Below the pieces are notes generated by a model, which did not search any database, was not told the DNA's origin, and saw nothing but the letters and a program-made list of their open reading frames with translations. Position numbers and translations under genes: made by a program. From Candidatus Latescibacterota bacterium (GTDB lineage: Bacteria; Latescibacterota; UBA2968; UBA8231): a stretch of DNA of 64,000 nt. This document shows positions 1 through 9,713 of this stretch, one piece after another. The stretch spans positions 1,504,001-1,568,000 of the forward strand of contig CBDFJF010000001.1 in the NCBI GenBank assembly GCA_965248265.1, read 5' to 3'. How positions within the stretch are numbered: the first letter of the stretch is position 1; each line of letters opens with the position of its first letter.

Positions 1-111
1 TCCACCAGTGACCTCTGCCCCAGCTGACCATCCCAGAATTCCCGCAAAATCTCCAGCTAGTACGGAATCACCAGTTTGCCTTGCATCTGGTCATCGGCAG
101 AAATCGGTAGT

Positions 112-732
112 TCAAGGCGTTTGGTCCCACATTATTCGATCCACGGGGAGTTGTCCGTAGTATTGCCACATGATCGCCGGTGACACCAGCTGAACCGCAA
201 GAACCACCAAGGCTGTGATGCCGAGCACCTTGGGCTTTCGTGTCAGTTGTGTTACCGTGCGAACGAACCGACCCTCTGCCTGGATGCCAGCCCGTACGGC
301 CAGACGAATAACATCACCGAACACAAGAAGTGTGAATAAGCCTACAACCGCAGCCGTTGCCGCTGAGCCCAGGTAAGAAGAAAGCGCTATCGATGCACTG
401 ACAGATAGATCCCCAAAAAGCGATGCCCCTTGCTGGTAGGAGTCCATTGTTTCGCGATACATCCATGCGACTACCAGCCTCGTGAGCAGGTACTGTCCCA
501 ATCCGGCGCAGATCCAAGGAGCACTTTGCCATTGCAGATTTCGCCGGGCCCAGAGAAGACCCCCGACAAGCAATGTTGCAGTGGCCAACAATAGTGCGAA
601 ATACAGAGAAGCCATCACCGATAGAATCACATCACACCTCCTGCTATCGTGGCCTCCAAAGGGCTCTCTCTGCCAGGCGCATTTCGTCGGCTCGGAGGGC
701 GCAGAGGAGTGATCACGCTTGACGTTATTCAC
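112..732 (-). CDS. Hypothetical integral membrane protein (true start probably downstream of 732)
   Basis: About 4-5 hydrophobic segments in the ORF; no family recognised. Confidence 0.55.
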   Translation of the reverse strand: MNNVKRDHSSAPSEPTKCAWQREPFGGHDSRRCDVILSVMASLYFALLLATATLLVGGLLWARRNLQWQSAPWICAGLGQYLLTRLVVAWMYRETMDSYQQGASLFGDLSVSASIALSSYLGSAATAAVVGLFTLLVFGDVIRLAVRAGIQAEGRFVRTVTQLTRKPKVLGITALVVLAVQLVSPAIMWQYYGQLPVDRIMWDQTP

Positions 733-748
733 GTATTGCGTTACTAAT
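719..748 (+). promoter_or_regulatory. Probable higBA promoter/operator
   Basis: TTGACG at 719, TACTAAT about 17 bp later, and an imperfect ACG-n5-CGT palindrome between them, just before the higB start. Confidence 0.45.
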
Positions 749-753
749 CATGG

Positions 754-1032
754 ATGATTATATCATTCAGGTGTTCTGACACGCAAGCACTCGCCAGCGG
801 ACGGCGAATCGCGCGATTCTCAGGCATTGAGTCCGTTGCCAGGCGGAAACTGCGTCAACTGCAGATCGCAGGTAGACTTGCTGACCTTCGTGTCCCGCCG
901 GGAAATCGCCTCGAGAAACTCAAGGGGAATCGAGCCGGACAGCACAGTATTCGCGTCAATGACCAGTTTCGAGTCTGCTTCCGCTGGTCAACCGCCGGCG
1001 CGAGTGATGTCGAGATCGTGGACTACCACTAG
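754..1032 (+). CDS. higB: HigB toxin (RelE/ParE family mRNA interferase)
   Basis: MIISF...LRVPPGNRLEKLKGNRAGQHSIRVNDQFRVCFRW...VEIVDYH is the canonical HigB signature. Confidence 0.95.
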   Translation: MIISFRCSDTQALASGRRIARFSGIESVARRKLRQLQIAGRLADLRVPPGNRLEKLKGNRAGQHSIRVNDQFRVCFRWSTAGASDVEIVDYH

Positions 1033-1041
1033 GGGGAGACT

Positions 1042-1359
1042 ATGCCCAAGTTAAAACCGGTTACGCCTGGAGAACTGCTGCGAGAGGAATTCCTCGTGCC
1101 GATGGGTCTCTCGCAGTATCGCCTGGCCAAGGAGATTGGTGTTCCCGCTCAGCGCATCAGCGAGATCGTAGCAGGCCGGCGAGCCATTACGGCTGATACG
1201 GATCTGCGACTGTGTCGGTTTTTTGGCCTCTCCAATGGTTACTGGCTGAGGGCTCAGGCCGCCCACGATACGGAAGTGGCTGAGGAATCTCTCGCCAAGA
1301 CCCTGGCGAAGATCCAGCCTTGGAGCAAATCGCGACCTGCGGCTGGCCAGATCGCCTGA
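1042..1359 (+). CDS. higA: HigA antitoxin (HTH XRE)
   Basis: TPGELLREEFLVPMGLSQYRLAK...RISEIVAGRRAITADTDLRL...YWLRAQ; follows higB. Confidence 0.95.
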   Translation: MPKLKPVTPGELLREEFLVPMGLSQYRLAKEIGVPAQRISEIVAGRRAITADTDLRLCRFFGLSNGYWLRAQAAHDTEVAEESLAKTLAKIQPWSKSRPAAGQIA

Positions 1360-1380
1360 CAGCACGTTGCGTCCCCGCGA

Positions 1381-2451
1381 TCACCCCTCCAGTGGCCGGC
1401 CCCAGGTCTCCATCAGTGGCTTCGGCGGTAAATCCACCGGCTTGCCGAAGTGCACCGACTGGACCACCCCCTCGCAGAACTCCATGTACCTCAAGCCCTC
1501 CTCGAATGACGGATGCACGGGCGTACCCTCGCGTATGGCCTGGATGAACTCGGCATCCGTTGTCTGTTCGCGGATCTCGTCTGGACGAGGTTCCAGTACC
1601 TCCATCTCCTCCATGCCCTCCGTCGCACCCATGATGTCGTCCCCGGGCAGTGTGTAGACGATCGCCCCCTTCGAACCGTAGATCTCGATGCTGTCTTTGG
1701 GTGCCATGGCCGCATCGGATGAGAAGTGGTAGGTACCGGACGCGCCACATTCCAGCTCGACGGCCAGCACCAAGGAATCCGGAACGACGGCATCAATCTC
1801 GCCACCGTCAGCCGTCGGAACGCGGGGAGTGTATGTGTTTGCCCGCGCGAACACCGATGTGGCGGGACCAACCCAGCGATTGAGCACCTCGATCCACAGA
1901 CCCATCGCCAGCATGTGACAACCGCTTACCGCCGGGTCGAGGCGCCAGTGATATCCACCACCACCCATCCCTGAACGCGCGCTCATGCCTGTGATGCGGA
2001 CTTCGTGCACATCGCCGATGTACTCTTTGTCGTTAATCAGTCGACGCATCAGGTTGTCGCCCTTGAGACCGGGCAACGGCGGATAGAGGACGGTTACCCT
2101 GTCGGAGTTTCTGGCAGCCTCTGCCATCGCCAGCGCCTCGGCCAGGTTGCGGGCCATGCGGGCCTGGCACAGCACGTGCTTCCCTCCGGCAAGCGCTGCC
2201 AGGGTTGCGTCGTGATGCAGGACCGGCGGCGTGGCGATGACGACGGCGTCGATGTCAGGGGACTCAGCTATTTCACGCCAGTCCGCTACGGTGCTGCCGA
2301 TGCCGAACTCCTCAGCGATCGCCTGGCTCTTTTCGGGCGTGCGATTCCACACCTGGGTCAGCTCTACTCCCGCTATGGCCTGAAGTCGAGGAATGTTCCG
2401 AGACCTGGCCACTCCGCCGGCACCGATGACGCCGATTCGTATCGTATCCAT
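1381..2451 (-). CDS. Gfo/Idh/MocA family oxidoreductase
   Basis: IGVIGAGGVA Rossmann motif, IDAVVIATPPVLH, GKHVLCQARMA. Confidence 0.9.
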   Translation of the reverse strand: MDTIRIGVIGAGGVARSRNIPRLQAIAGVELTQVWNRTPEKSQAIAEEFGIGSTVADWREIAESPDIDAVVIATPPVLHHDATLAALAGGKHVLCQARMARNLAEALAMAEAARNSDRVTVLYPPLPGLKGDNLMRRLINDKEYIGDVHEVRITGMSARSGMGGGGYHWRLDPAVSGCHMLAMGLWIEVLNRWVGPATSVFARANTYTPRVPTADGGEIDAVVPDSLVLAVELECGASGTYHFSSDAAMAPKDSIEIYGSKGAIVYTLPGDDIMGATEGMEEMEVLEPRPDEIREQTTDAEFIQAIREGTPVHPSFEEGLRYMEFCEGVVQSVHFGKPVDLPPKPLMETWGRPLEG

Positions 2452-2478
2452 CCTGTTCTCGTCCGTTTCTTTCAGTTT

Positions 2479-3753
2479 CTACTGTTGAGGCTGATAGAAC
2501 CAATCCTCCGACATCACCCTGACCTTGTTGCCGCGATCGTGGGGGGCCAGCCCCACGTCGACCATCAGCTGGTCATAGTCGACACCGTAGACATCGGCGA
2601 TGACGGCCTTGTCACCAAACACGCACATGCCGTACGTGATCAAGACCTTGCCATCGTGGAAGGCGATCGTCGGCTCATTACAACGCAGCGGACCGGGGGC
2701 ACGATGATAGCGCTTGCGATCCACTGGTTGACTGAATTTACCCAGCACAACTTTCTCGATTACTGGCGGTTCGACCCAGGCCGTGTCATCCAGCGACTCC
2801 AGATTGCGATGATGTTCCCAGGTCTCCCCTTCGTCTTTGCTGATGGCGCAGGACAGTCGATGCCGGTACAGACCGATCGCCAGCTCCCAGGGCGAGATCT
2901 GATTCCAGATCACCAGCAGATCACCGCTGCCTGGCAGCCGCTTCAAATTGCACGGTGCGGCAGAGGCAGCCAGCTTCGACGGAAACGGCTCCGTCCAGGT
3001 CTCGCAGTTGTCGTCCGAATACGCCTGGAAGTAGCGCCCCAGATGCGTTCGCCCCATCATCAGCACCCGTCCATCCTTGAGTTCGACGACGGCCGGCTCC
3101 TCGATCGAGTGGCTGCCCCCGGCGCCGTTCTCGAGCGTCACAAAGGTCTCGTTTCTGCTCCTGGTCCAGCTGACGCCTTCATCATCGGAATAATAGGCAT
3201 AGCCGTAGGCAAGGACCCCACCGGTCCCACCGCTGAAATCCTCTCCGAAGCGGCGGATGATCTTGGGATTGCCCGTCCACGTCGGCTTGATCACCGAGAA
3301 CGCCGGCATCACGATACGGCCGCTGCCCAGGACGATCAGGTTGTCGTGGTTCGTGTGCACGTCGGTGTGGGGAGGATTGATGTCCAACCCCGCGGTCCAG
3401 GTGGCACCACCATCGGCCGACGTATGGAAAGTGTTGACGCTGCGGTTGTCCTCCATGTACCGCGTCACCATCAGACCCAGATCGCCACCCGGAAGCCACA
3501 GCAACTGGGTCTCCAGTGAGCCGACTACATCACCGCCCCCAGTGAGCTTGAGGTTGACGGGGTCCGTCCACGTCTGACCGCCGTCCTCGGAGTAGTTGGC
3601 TTGCAGCGGGCGATCGTCCGCGTGACCGGGCGCCCACACCCACACCAGGCGGCCGTCTTTGAGCGGGACCACACTTCCGTACGATGGACTGTGGCCGACC
3701 TTGTCCAGCTTGATCACTTCGTTGACGGACTCATGGGTTCCCACTGCCGTCAT
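2479..3753 (-). CDS. BNR/Asp-box sialidase-like beta-propeller protein
   Basis: Asp-boxes SEDGGQTW, SADGGATW, SDDEGVSW, SDDNCETW, SKDEGETW. Confidence 0.85.
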   Translation of the reverse strand: MTAVGTHESVNEVIKLDKVGHSPSYGSVVPLKDGRLVWVWAPGHADDRPLQANYSEDGGQTWTDPVNLKLTGGGDVVGSLETQLLWLPGGDLGLMVTRYMEDNRSVNTFHTSADGGATWTAGLDINPPHTDVHTNHDNLIVLGSGRIVMPAFSVIKPTWTGNPKIIRRFGEDFSGGTGGVLAYGYAYYSDDEGVSWTRSRNETFVTLENGAGGSHSIEEPAVVELKDGRVLMMGRTHLGRYFQAYSDDNCETWTEPFPSKLAASAAPCNLKRLPGSGDLLVIWNQISPWELAIGLYRHRLSCAISKDEGETWEHHRNLESLDDTAWVEPPVIEKVVLGKFSQPVDRKRYHRAPGPLRCNEPTIAFHDGKVLITYGMCVFGDKAVIADVYGVDYDQLMVDVGLAPHDRGNKVRVMSEDWFYQPQQ

Positions 3754-5807
3754 TGCGCTGCGGCTTCCTCGCCAAAGTTATCGGAGAACAAGAAGAAATC
3801 GTCGAGGTCGAGGACGGCATCCCGGTTGAGATCGAACAGCGGGGCGGGATCCCGGAAGCTGTCCACGAACAGGAAGAAATCGCCGAAATCGACGCGACCA
3901 TTGCCATCGAAATCCCCCGTCAGAACGCCCTCGATGGGCCCGCTGACAATCGTCGCCGCCGACAGGACAATCTGGCTGTCCACGATTTCCCCTTCGCGGC
4001 TCAGCTCTATCCCCACCACCGTTAGATCGGTGCTGCCGCCGAACTCTTCCAGGATCTCAAACGACAGCACGCCAAGCTCTCCGTTGCCGGAACTTGGGTC
4101 TTCCGCACTGACGCTGAGGCTGACCAAGCCATCTTCGCCGCTTGCCGTGGCGTCGATTGCGGCCAGGAAATCACCAGCTCTGAAACTCCCGTCGAAGTAA
4201 CGCAGTTGACCCGGATCGAATTCTACATCGACGCGCCAGTGATCGATCTCCGGGGCATCGACGATGTGCAGCTCACAGGCGTGAATCTGACCGACTGCGG
4301 CTGGACCGGTAAGACGGCGCTGCTGGTCTCCCGGGAGTAGATCGAAATCGATGGATACTGGACCTAGCGGCGGCGTTCTGTCTTCTACCGTGATGGTGAT
4401 GGTTTCCGAATCGGCACCATCACGCTCGTCGGTCGCTGTGAAGGTGACACTGTACGCGCCCGACTGGTCGAAGCCCGGGGTCCAGTCGAACGTGGCCCCT
4501 GTCAGAGACGCACGCGTGGGCAGATCTTCCGCTGAGAAGCTGACTTCTTCACCATCTGGATCAGTCCCTGACAGGACGAAACTGAGCGTTTCCGCCTCGC
4601 CCACAGTCTGATCTCCGATCGCACTGAGTTCCGGAGGCTGATTCAGATCATTGACCGTGATGGTGATGGTCTCCGAATCCGTGTCCCCTTGCCCGTCGTC
4701 GGCGGTGAAGGTCACGTCGTAGGTACCCGACTGGCTGAGGCTGGGGGTCCAATTGAAGGTGGCTCCGGAGAGCGTCGCCCCAGACGGTGCACCGGAGACC
4801 GTGAAGCTCACATTGTCTCCGTCGGAATCGGTGGCCGTGAGGGTGAAACTCAGAAGAACACCTTCGACCACAGTTTTGTCGCCAATCGCCCCGAGTTGGG
4901 GTGACCGGTTCACATCTTGGACCGTGATAGTGATGTTCTCCGAATCTGTGTTCCCTTGCCCGTCGTCCGCGGTGAAGGTCAAGTTGTAGGTACCCGACTG
5001 ACTGAAGCTGGGGGCCCAATTGAAGGTGGCTCCGGAGAGCGACGAACCAGACGGCGCACCGGAGACCGTGAAGCTCATATTGTCTCCATCAGAATCGGTG
5101 GCCGTGAGGGCGAAACTGAGAAGGAACCCTTCGGCCACAGTTTTGCCGCCAATCGCCCCGAGTTGGGGTGCCTGATTCAGATCATTGACCGTGATGGTGA
5201 TGGTCTCCGAATCGGTGTTCCCTTGCCCGTCGTCCGCGGTGAAGGTCAGGTTGTAAGTGCCCGATTGGCTGAAGCTGGGAGTCCAGCTGAACGTGGCCCC
5301 GGAGAGCGATGCCCCGGACGGCGCACCGGAGACCGTGAAGCTCACATTGTCTCCGTCGGAATCGGTGGCCGTGAGAGTGAAACTCAGAAGGACACCTTCG
5401 GCCACAGTCTTGCCGCCGATCGCAGCCAACACCGGTGCGCTGTTCTGCGCGGCGGGGACGCTGCTGGCATCACCCGGTTTGGATACCAGGGCCGAGTTCC
5501 CCTGCGCTCCGGAAACCCAGGTTCCGTTGGGATCCTGCAACTCAGTGCCGTTCGTGAATCCGTCCCCATCCGAATCCAGCGCCGCCAGCGTGGGTCCCCA
5601 GTCCACGTCGTTCCCGATGAGTCCGGCTTGGACTGCCAGGCCGAAGGCGTTGCGGGTACCACCGCCATTGGGGTTGACGTGGCAGTTGGAACAGCCGTTG
5701 ACGGAGCCGTTCGGAAGCTGGGCCACCCGATGGAAGCGGGCTAGCACACCCCCTGCGGCGAGCAACAGCAACGATGCCGTCAGCACTCCAATTATTGGTC
5801 GTGACAT
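3750..5807 (-). CDS. Secreted modular protein: temptin-like domain with CXXCH, 4 cadherin/Ig-like repeats, cohesin-like domain, EF-hand/dockerin-like C-terminus
   Basis: Signal peptide; LPNG..CSNCH..GGGTRNAFG..DSDGDGFTNGTELQDP; 89-aa repeats; GDFDGNGRVDFGDFFLF and DLNRDAVLDLDDFFLF. Confidence 0.8.
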   Translation of the reverse strand: MSRPIIGVLTASLLLLAAGGVLARFHRVAQLPNGSVNGCSNCHVNPNGGGTRNAFGLAVQAGLIGNDVDWGPTLAALDSDGDGFTNGTELQDPNGTWVSGAQGNSALVSKPGDASSVPAAQNSAPVLAAIGGKTVAEGVLLSFTLTATDSDGDNVSFTVSGAPSGASLSGATFSWTPSFSQSGTYNLTFTADDGQGNTDSETITITVNDLNQAPQLGAIGGKTVAEGFLLSFALTATDSDGDNMSFTVSGAPSGSSLSGATFNWAPSFSQSGTYNLTFTADDGQGNTDSENITITVQDVNRSPQLGAIGDKTVVEGVLLSFTLTATDSDGDNVSFTVSGAPSGATLSGATFNWTPSLSQSGTYDVTFTADDGQGDTDSETITITVNDLNQPPELSAIGDQTVGEAETLSFVLSGTDPDGEEVSFSAEDLPTRASLTGATFDWTPGFDQSGAYSVTFTATDERDGADSETITITVEDRTPPLGPVSIDFDLLPGDQQRRLTGPAAVGQIHACELHIVDAPEIDHWRVDVEFDPGQLRYFDGSFRAGDFLAAIDATASGEDGLVSLSVSAEDPSSGNGELGVLSFEILEEFGGSTDLTVVGIELSREGEIVDSQIVLSAATIVSGPIEGVLTGDFDGNGRVDFGDFFLFVDSFRDPAPLFDLNRDAVLDLDDFFLFSDNFGEEAAAQ
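4385..5444 (-). repeat. Four tandem 267-bp (89-aa) Ig/cadherin-like repeats
   Basis: gattcagatcattgaccgtgatggtgatggtctccgaatc recurs at 4640 and 5174 (2 x 267). Three units are near-identical and the fourth is diverged. Confidence 0.9.
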
Positions 5808-6027
5808 TCATAGTTCCCCGTATTGCGCACCGTCTAGCTGACCCATAACGATACACCAATGCCGACTCAGACGAAAACAGATCGATTCACCCTCTGACTA
5901 CAGGTCGTAGGCCTGCTTGTGGCCGGGGTGCCGCAGTCGTATGGTACCGTAAACCCTGCAGATTGAATCGGGTTTGAACCCTCGCCCGCCGGACAGACCG
6001 TCCGCGTCCGAGATTGGAGACGTCGCC

Positions 6028-7869
6028 ATGTCAGAGCCCACGTCGCTATCGAGCACAGCCCTCGACGGCCTGGAATCGGGAATGCCACGACAACCGGAAA
6101 CCAAACCAGCCGAGCTCACGTACCATAGACTCTGCGAAGCTTCCGAAGTCGAAGAAGGCGGCAGCAAACCGTTTTCCGTCGACGGTACCCACCTGGCCCT
6201 GTTCAAGTACGAAGGCAGCTTCCACGCCGTCGACAATCGCTGTCCCCACATGGGCTACCCGATGTCGGAAGGCAGTATTCGCGACGGCGTCCTCATCTGT
6301 CACTGGCATCACTGGGAGTTCGACCTCAAGACCGGTGGTTGCTTCCTGACCTCCGGCGACGACCTCAAGGCGTTTCCCGTCGAGGTGAGAGATGACGGCT
6401 GCGTCTACGTCGGACTCTCCCGGGGAGAAAAAGAGGAAGCGCGTCTTCGTCTGATCGAGCGGGGCAAGCGAGCTCTCGAGCAGGGACTCAAGGATCGCAG
6501 CTCCTTCCTGATCGCCAAGGCGGTTACCGCATTGCGTGAGAGCGGCGCCACGCCGCAGGAGATCATCCAGCACGGCCTGTTCTACGGAGCCTACAAATCA
6601 CAGGATGGCTGGTCTTCGGGAGTGACCATCCTCGCCATCGCCGCCAACATGTGGAGTGACGTAGCTCCCAGGGATCACAACCTCTTTCTCGTGCACGGCC
6701 TGACCCAGGTCGCGCGGAAAACGGGAGGCGGCTCCAGACGGCAGCGTTTCCCGTTCCCGAAGGCGAGCGATGAGCCCGACTTGGTGACCCTGAAACGCTG
6801 GTTCAGGCGCTACATCGATTTGCGTTCCAGCGGCCCGGCCGAGCGAATCCTCATCACGCTCCACGACCGCGGCTATCCTCCTGAAGTGATCGCCGATTTC
6901 GTCTTTACTGCGGCTACCGACTTCTACTTTACTGGCGACGGACACGCCCTCGATTTTGCTAACAAGACCTTCGAGGCCCTCGAGGAAGTCAGCTGGAAGG
7001 GCGCCCATGAGATCATGAGGCCGATCGTCGTCGACCTGGTCGGGCGGACCCGGCACGAGGAAACCTCTCGATGGGCGGATGCCGTACCCATCCTCGAAAA
7101 TGTCTTCACACGACTCGACTCGATCTGGGAGGCCAACCAGGCCAACCAACTCGACCTCGACATCTCGGCCTTCGCGCAGGTGTTCCTCCAGGATGAGTTC
7201 GAACCCATCGTCCAGGAGATCGAGAAGAAGCTATGCGACGGTGTCGATCCAAAGGCCATCTGCCGTGCCATGACCTACGCCGGCGCCATCCGGGTTGCCC
7301 GCTTTCATCTCAAGAACGAAGGCGACTGGCACGACGTCGCCAATATCTATTCCTACGCTCACGGACTGTACCGCGCCTTCGCTCTGGCACCGAGCGCGGA
7401 GCTCGTGCGCGGCATCTTCCACGGTGCCGTATTCATGACCTATCTCAAGTGGCTGAACATGCCCTCGGCTCGGGTGCCGAATCCAGGCCAACGCCTGGGG
7501 GAGACCTTCGATTCCGATGACAAAATGCTGGCGCGCCTGCAGGAGTTCGCCGATTTCCAGAAGGTTTTCGAGTCGGAGCTCGTCGTCAACGAATACCTGG
7601 AAGAGGGGCGCGACCTCAACAAGCTGCGTCAGGCACTGGCCCACGTCACCCTGCGTGAAGACGCGGAGCTGCACATGTTCCAGATGCTCGAGGTCGCCTA
7701 CCGCCACTTCGAGTTGAGTGAGGATCCCGAAGAGAAGCGCATGCACATGTTGGCGGCAACCCGGTACATCACCGCCCAGAAAGTCATGAAGGGTATCCTG
7801 TGGTCGACGGAGAATGCCGAGCGGCTGCAGCGAGGCGATCTGCTCAGTGATCGCGACGATGACGATTGA
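6028..7869 (+). CDS. Rieske [2Fe-2S] domain fused to a large helical domain of unknown function
   Basis: CPHMG and CHWHHWEF Rieske ligands; about 480-aa helical C-terminal part with His motifs; GGAGA RBS before ATG 6028. Confidence 0.85.
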   Translation: MSEPTSLSSTALDGLESGMPRQPETKPAELTYHRLCEASEVEEGGSKPFSVDGTHLALFKYEGSFHAVDNRCPHMGYPMSEGSIRDGVLICHWHHWEFDLKTGGCFLTSGDDLKAFPVEVRDDGCVYVGLSRGEKEEARLRLIERGKRALEQGLKDRSSFLIAKAVTALRESGATPQEIIQHGLFYGAYKSQDGWSSGVTILAIAANMWSDVAPRDHNLFLVHGLTQVARKTGGGSRRQRFPFPKASDEPDLVTLKRWFRRYIDLRSSGPAERILITLHDRGYPPEVIADFVFTAATDFYFTGDGHALDFANKTFEALEEVSWKGAHEIMRPIVVDLVGRTRHEETSRWADAVPILENVFTRLDSIWEANQANQLDLDISAFAQVFLQDEFEPIVQEIEKKLCDGVDPKAICRAMTYAGAIRVARFHLKNEGDWHDVANIYSYAHGLYRAFALAPSAELVRGIFHGAVFMTYLKWLNMPSARVPNPGQRLGETFDSDDKMLARLQEFADFQKVFESELVVNEYLEEGRDLNKLRQALAHVTLREDAELHMFQMLEVAYRHFELSEDPEEKRMHMLAATRYITAQKVMKGILWSTENAERLQRGDLLSDRDDDD

Positions 7870-8288
7870 TGGCAGCTGAAGAGTGCCCCTATATCGAAGC
7901 TGGGACCCAGCAGGCTGTGAGCGCCATTGGCGCCCAACAGCTGGCCCTCGACCGGTCGCCGTTCCGCTTCGGGCGGGAATCGCGCGGCAAGGAACACAAA
8001 GGCTGGCTCAGCAATCGCCGGATATTACCTTCCAAGCCGAACAACGAATGCTATATGCATGATTCGGGTTACTTCAGACAGATTTCGCGCGAGCATTTCC
8101 AGATCCGGCAAGGAGAGGATGGAACCTTCTGGCTGACGGACCGTGGAAGCAGCTGCGGGACCTGGGTAAATGGAAGTCGCCTCACCGCCGACTCGGGTGA
8201 GTGCGACCTCAGGAATGGTGACAAGATTGTCGTGGGGACGGCTGAATCGCCGTACATCTACACCTTCGTGGCGAAGACCTCGCACTGA
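7866..8288 (+). CDS. FHA domain protein
   Basis: FGRES, ISREHFQI, TDRGSSCGTWVNG, LRNGDKIVVG. Confidence 0.85.
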   Translation: MMAAEECPYIEAGTQQAVSAIGAQQLALDRSPFRFGRESRGKEHKGWLSNRRILPSKPNNECYMHDSGYFRQISREHFQIRQGEDGTFWLTDRGSSCGTWVNGSRLTADSGECDLRNGDKIVVGTAESPYIYTFVAKTSH

Positions 8289-8312
8289 AAACGGCGATGC
8301 ATCGGTCATCCC

Positions 8313-8696
8313 GTGGACATGGACGGGGATGGCGACGTCGACGTGGTCATGGCCCTGCGCGGTTCCGATGATCCCACGGCTGTCGGACTGAACCAGATCG
8401 TCTGGTATGAGAATGATGGTGAATCGGAGTCATCATGGTCGAAGCACGTCATCGCCGACGGCGACGGGCAGATGGAAGTGGTGGCGACAGCCTGGGGCGT
8501 CGATGGACGCCTGGCCCTCTTCAAGCACCGGGGTGACCCGAGAGGACCATGGGACATGCAGATTCTCAAGCAGGGCTGGTCGAATGCCAATCAGGTGATC
8601 CTCGTCGACCTGATTGGCAACGGACGACTGGATATCGTTGCCTGCGCCGAACGCGGCAGTAATGAGCTTCGTTGGTGGAAGAATGAGGGCTCTTAG
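8313..8696 (+). pseudogene. FG-GAP/VCBS repeat protein fragment
   Basis: DMDGDGDVDVV, VWYENDG, DLIGNGRLDIV; no N-terminus or RBS, and an apparent internal deletion near HVIADGDGQ. Confidence 0.65.
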
Positions 8697-9556
8697 TTGC
8701 GCCGCAAGCTGACGTCTCCATTGGTACTTCGCAGAGTGATTACCGGACCACCGCCCGTTCCGATCGAGCCGGTGATTCGATTGTTTGCCTGAGTCTCCGT
8801 CGAGGTCACTGAAAAATCCGAACTCGCCCTTCCGTTCGCCGTCTGCGCGTCCAGGCTTCCGTCGAATTCGCCCGGCAGCGAAACCATTACGCCTCCGTTT
8901 ACCGTCGCCGCCGTGAGCGGCATGTCGCTACTTCGCACCGTCACGTTCACACCCCCGTTGACGGCCGAGAACCCTCCCTCTCCAAGAAGCTCCGTCAGGT
9001 CAGCTGACACCGCGCCGTTGACGGTCGCCAGGGTGATGGGTCCGCACGCGCCGCTGACTTCGATCGCACCGTTGGTGGTCTGAACCGACACTTCTTTCTC
9101 CATACCCGTCACTTCGACGGAGCCGTTAACGGCTGTCAACCGGGCAATGAGATCGGCCGGCGCTGTGATGTCGAATTGAACAGACACGTTGACGTTGCTC
9201 GGCGGTTTGGGATAGGACGTGAGTACGACTATCTGGCCGTCACTGTGTTCCGCCGTCACCTCGACATCCTGAAGGAAGTTCTCTGCGGTAGATCGATCAT
9301 ATGCCTCGACCTTCTTGAACGCCTCCACCGTCACCACGTCGCCTTCGATCGCTCGCAACGTTATCTGCCCGTTGATGGTCCCCACGACCAGTTCACTTGC
9401 TGTGGTAGCGTCGACGGTGCGTGACAGCGATTCGCTTTCGGAGACTCGGTTGCTGTCTGAAGAGAGCACGGAATCGCTGCATCCGGGCAGGGCGACGGCG
9501 AGCATTGCCGTCATCGTCAGGGTCAGCCGGTCAAGATTGGTGGGTCGCATGGTCAT
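8693..9556 (-). CDS. DUF4097-type beta-strand repeat lipoprotein
   Basis: Lipobox-like LPGC; repeated T(V/T)NG motifs. Confidence 0.85.
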   Translation of the reverse strand: MTMRPTNLDRLTLTMTAMLAVALPGCSDSVLSSDSNRVSESESLSRTVDATTASELVVGTINGQITLRAIEGDVVTVEAFKKVEAYDRSTAENFLQDVEVTAEHSDGQIVVLTSYPKPPSNVNVSVQFDITAPADLIARLTAVNGSVEVTGMEKEVSVQTTNGAIEVSGACGPITLATVNGAVSADLTELLGEGGFSAVNGGVNVTVRSSDMPLTAATVNGGVMVSLPGEFDGSLDAQTANGRASSDFSVTSTETQANNRITGSIGTGGGPVITLRSTNGDVSLRRN

Positions 9557-9713
9557 CCCTCGAAGTGTCTTGTATAGTCTAGTATTGTAACACAGTAGAG
9601 TCGCAGAAGTGACACCTGGAGCAAAAAAAAGCCGGCTTTGCTCACACTATGCGACCAACGTAGCTTTCCGATGGTCACCCCCACTTAGCAGCTGTCAGAC
9701 CCTGGAGACCATC

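Noticed and set aside
2005-3519. Long alternative ORFs such as 2005-3519, 42828-44021, 52404-53543 and most of 39239-40465
   Set aside because: They are antisense shadows of motif-bearing genes, as expected in GC-rich DNA
4385-5444. Repeats read as a CRISPR array or DGR template/variable pair
   Set aside because: They are in-frame 267-bp domain repeats without spacers or adenine-specific differences, and no cas or RT gene is present
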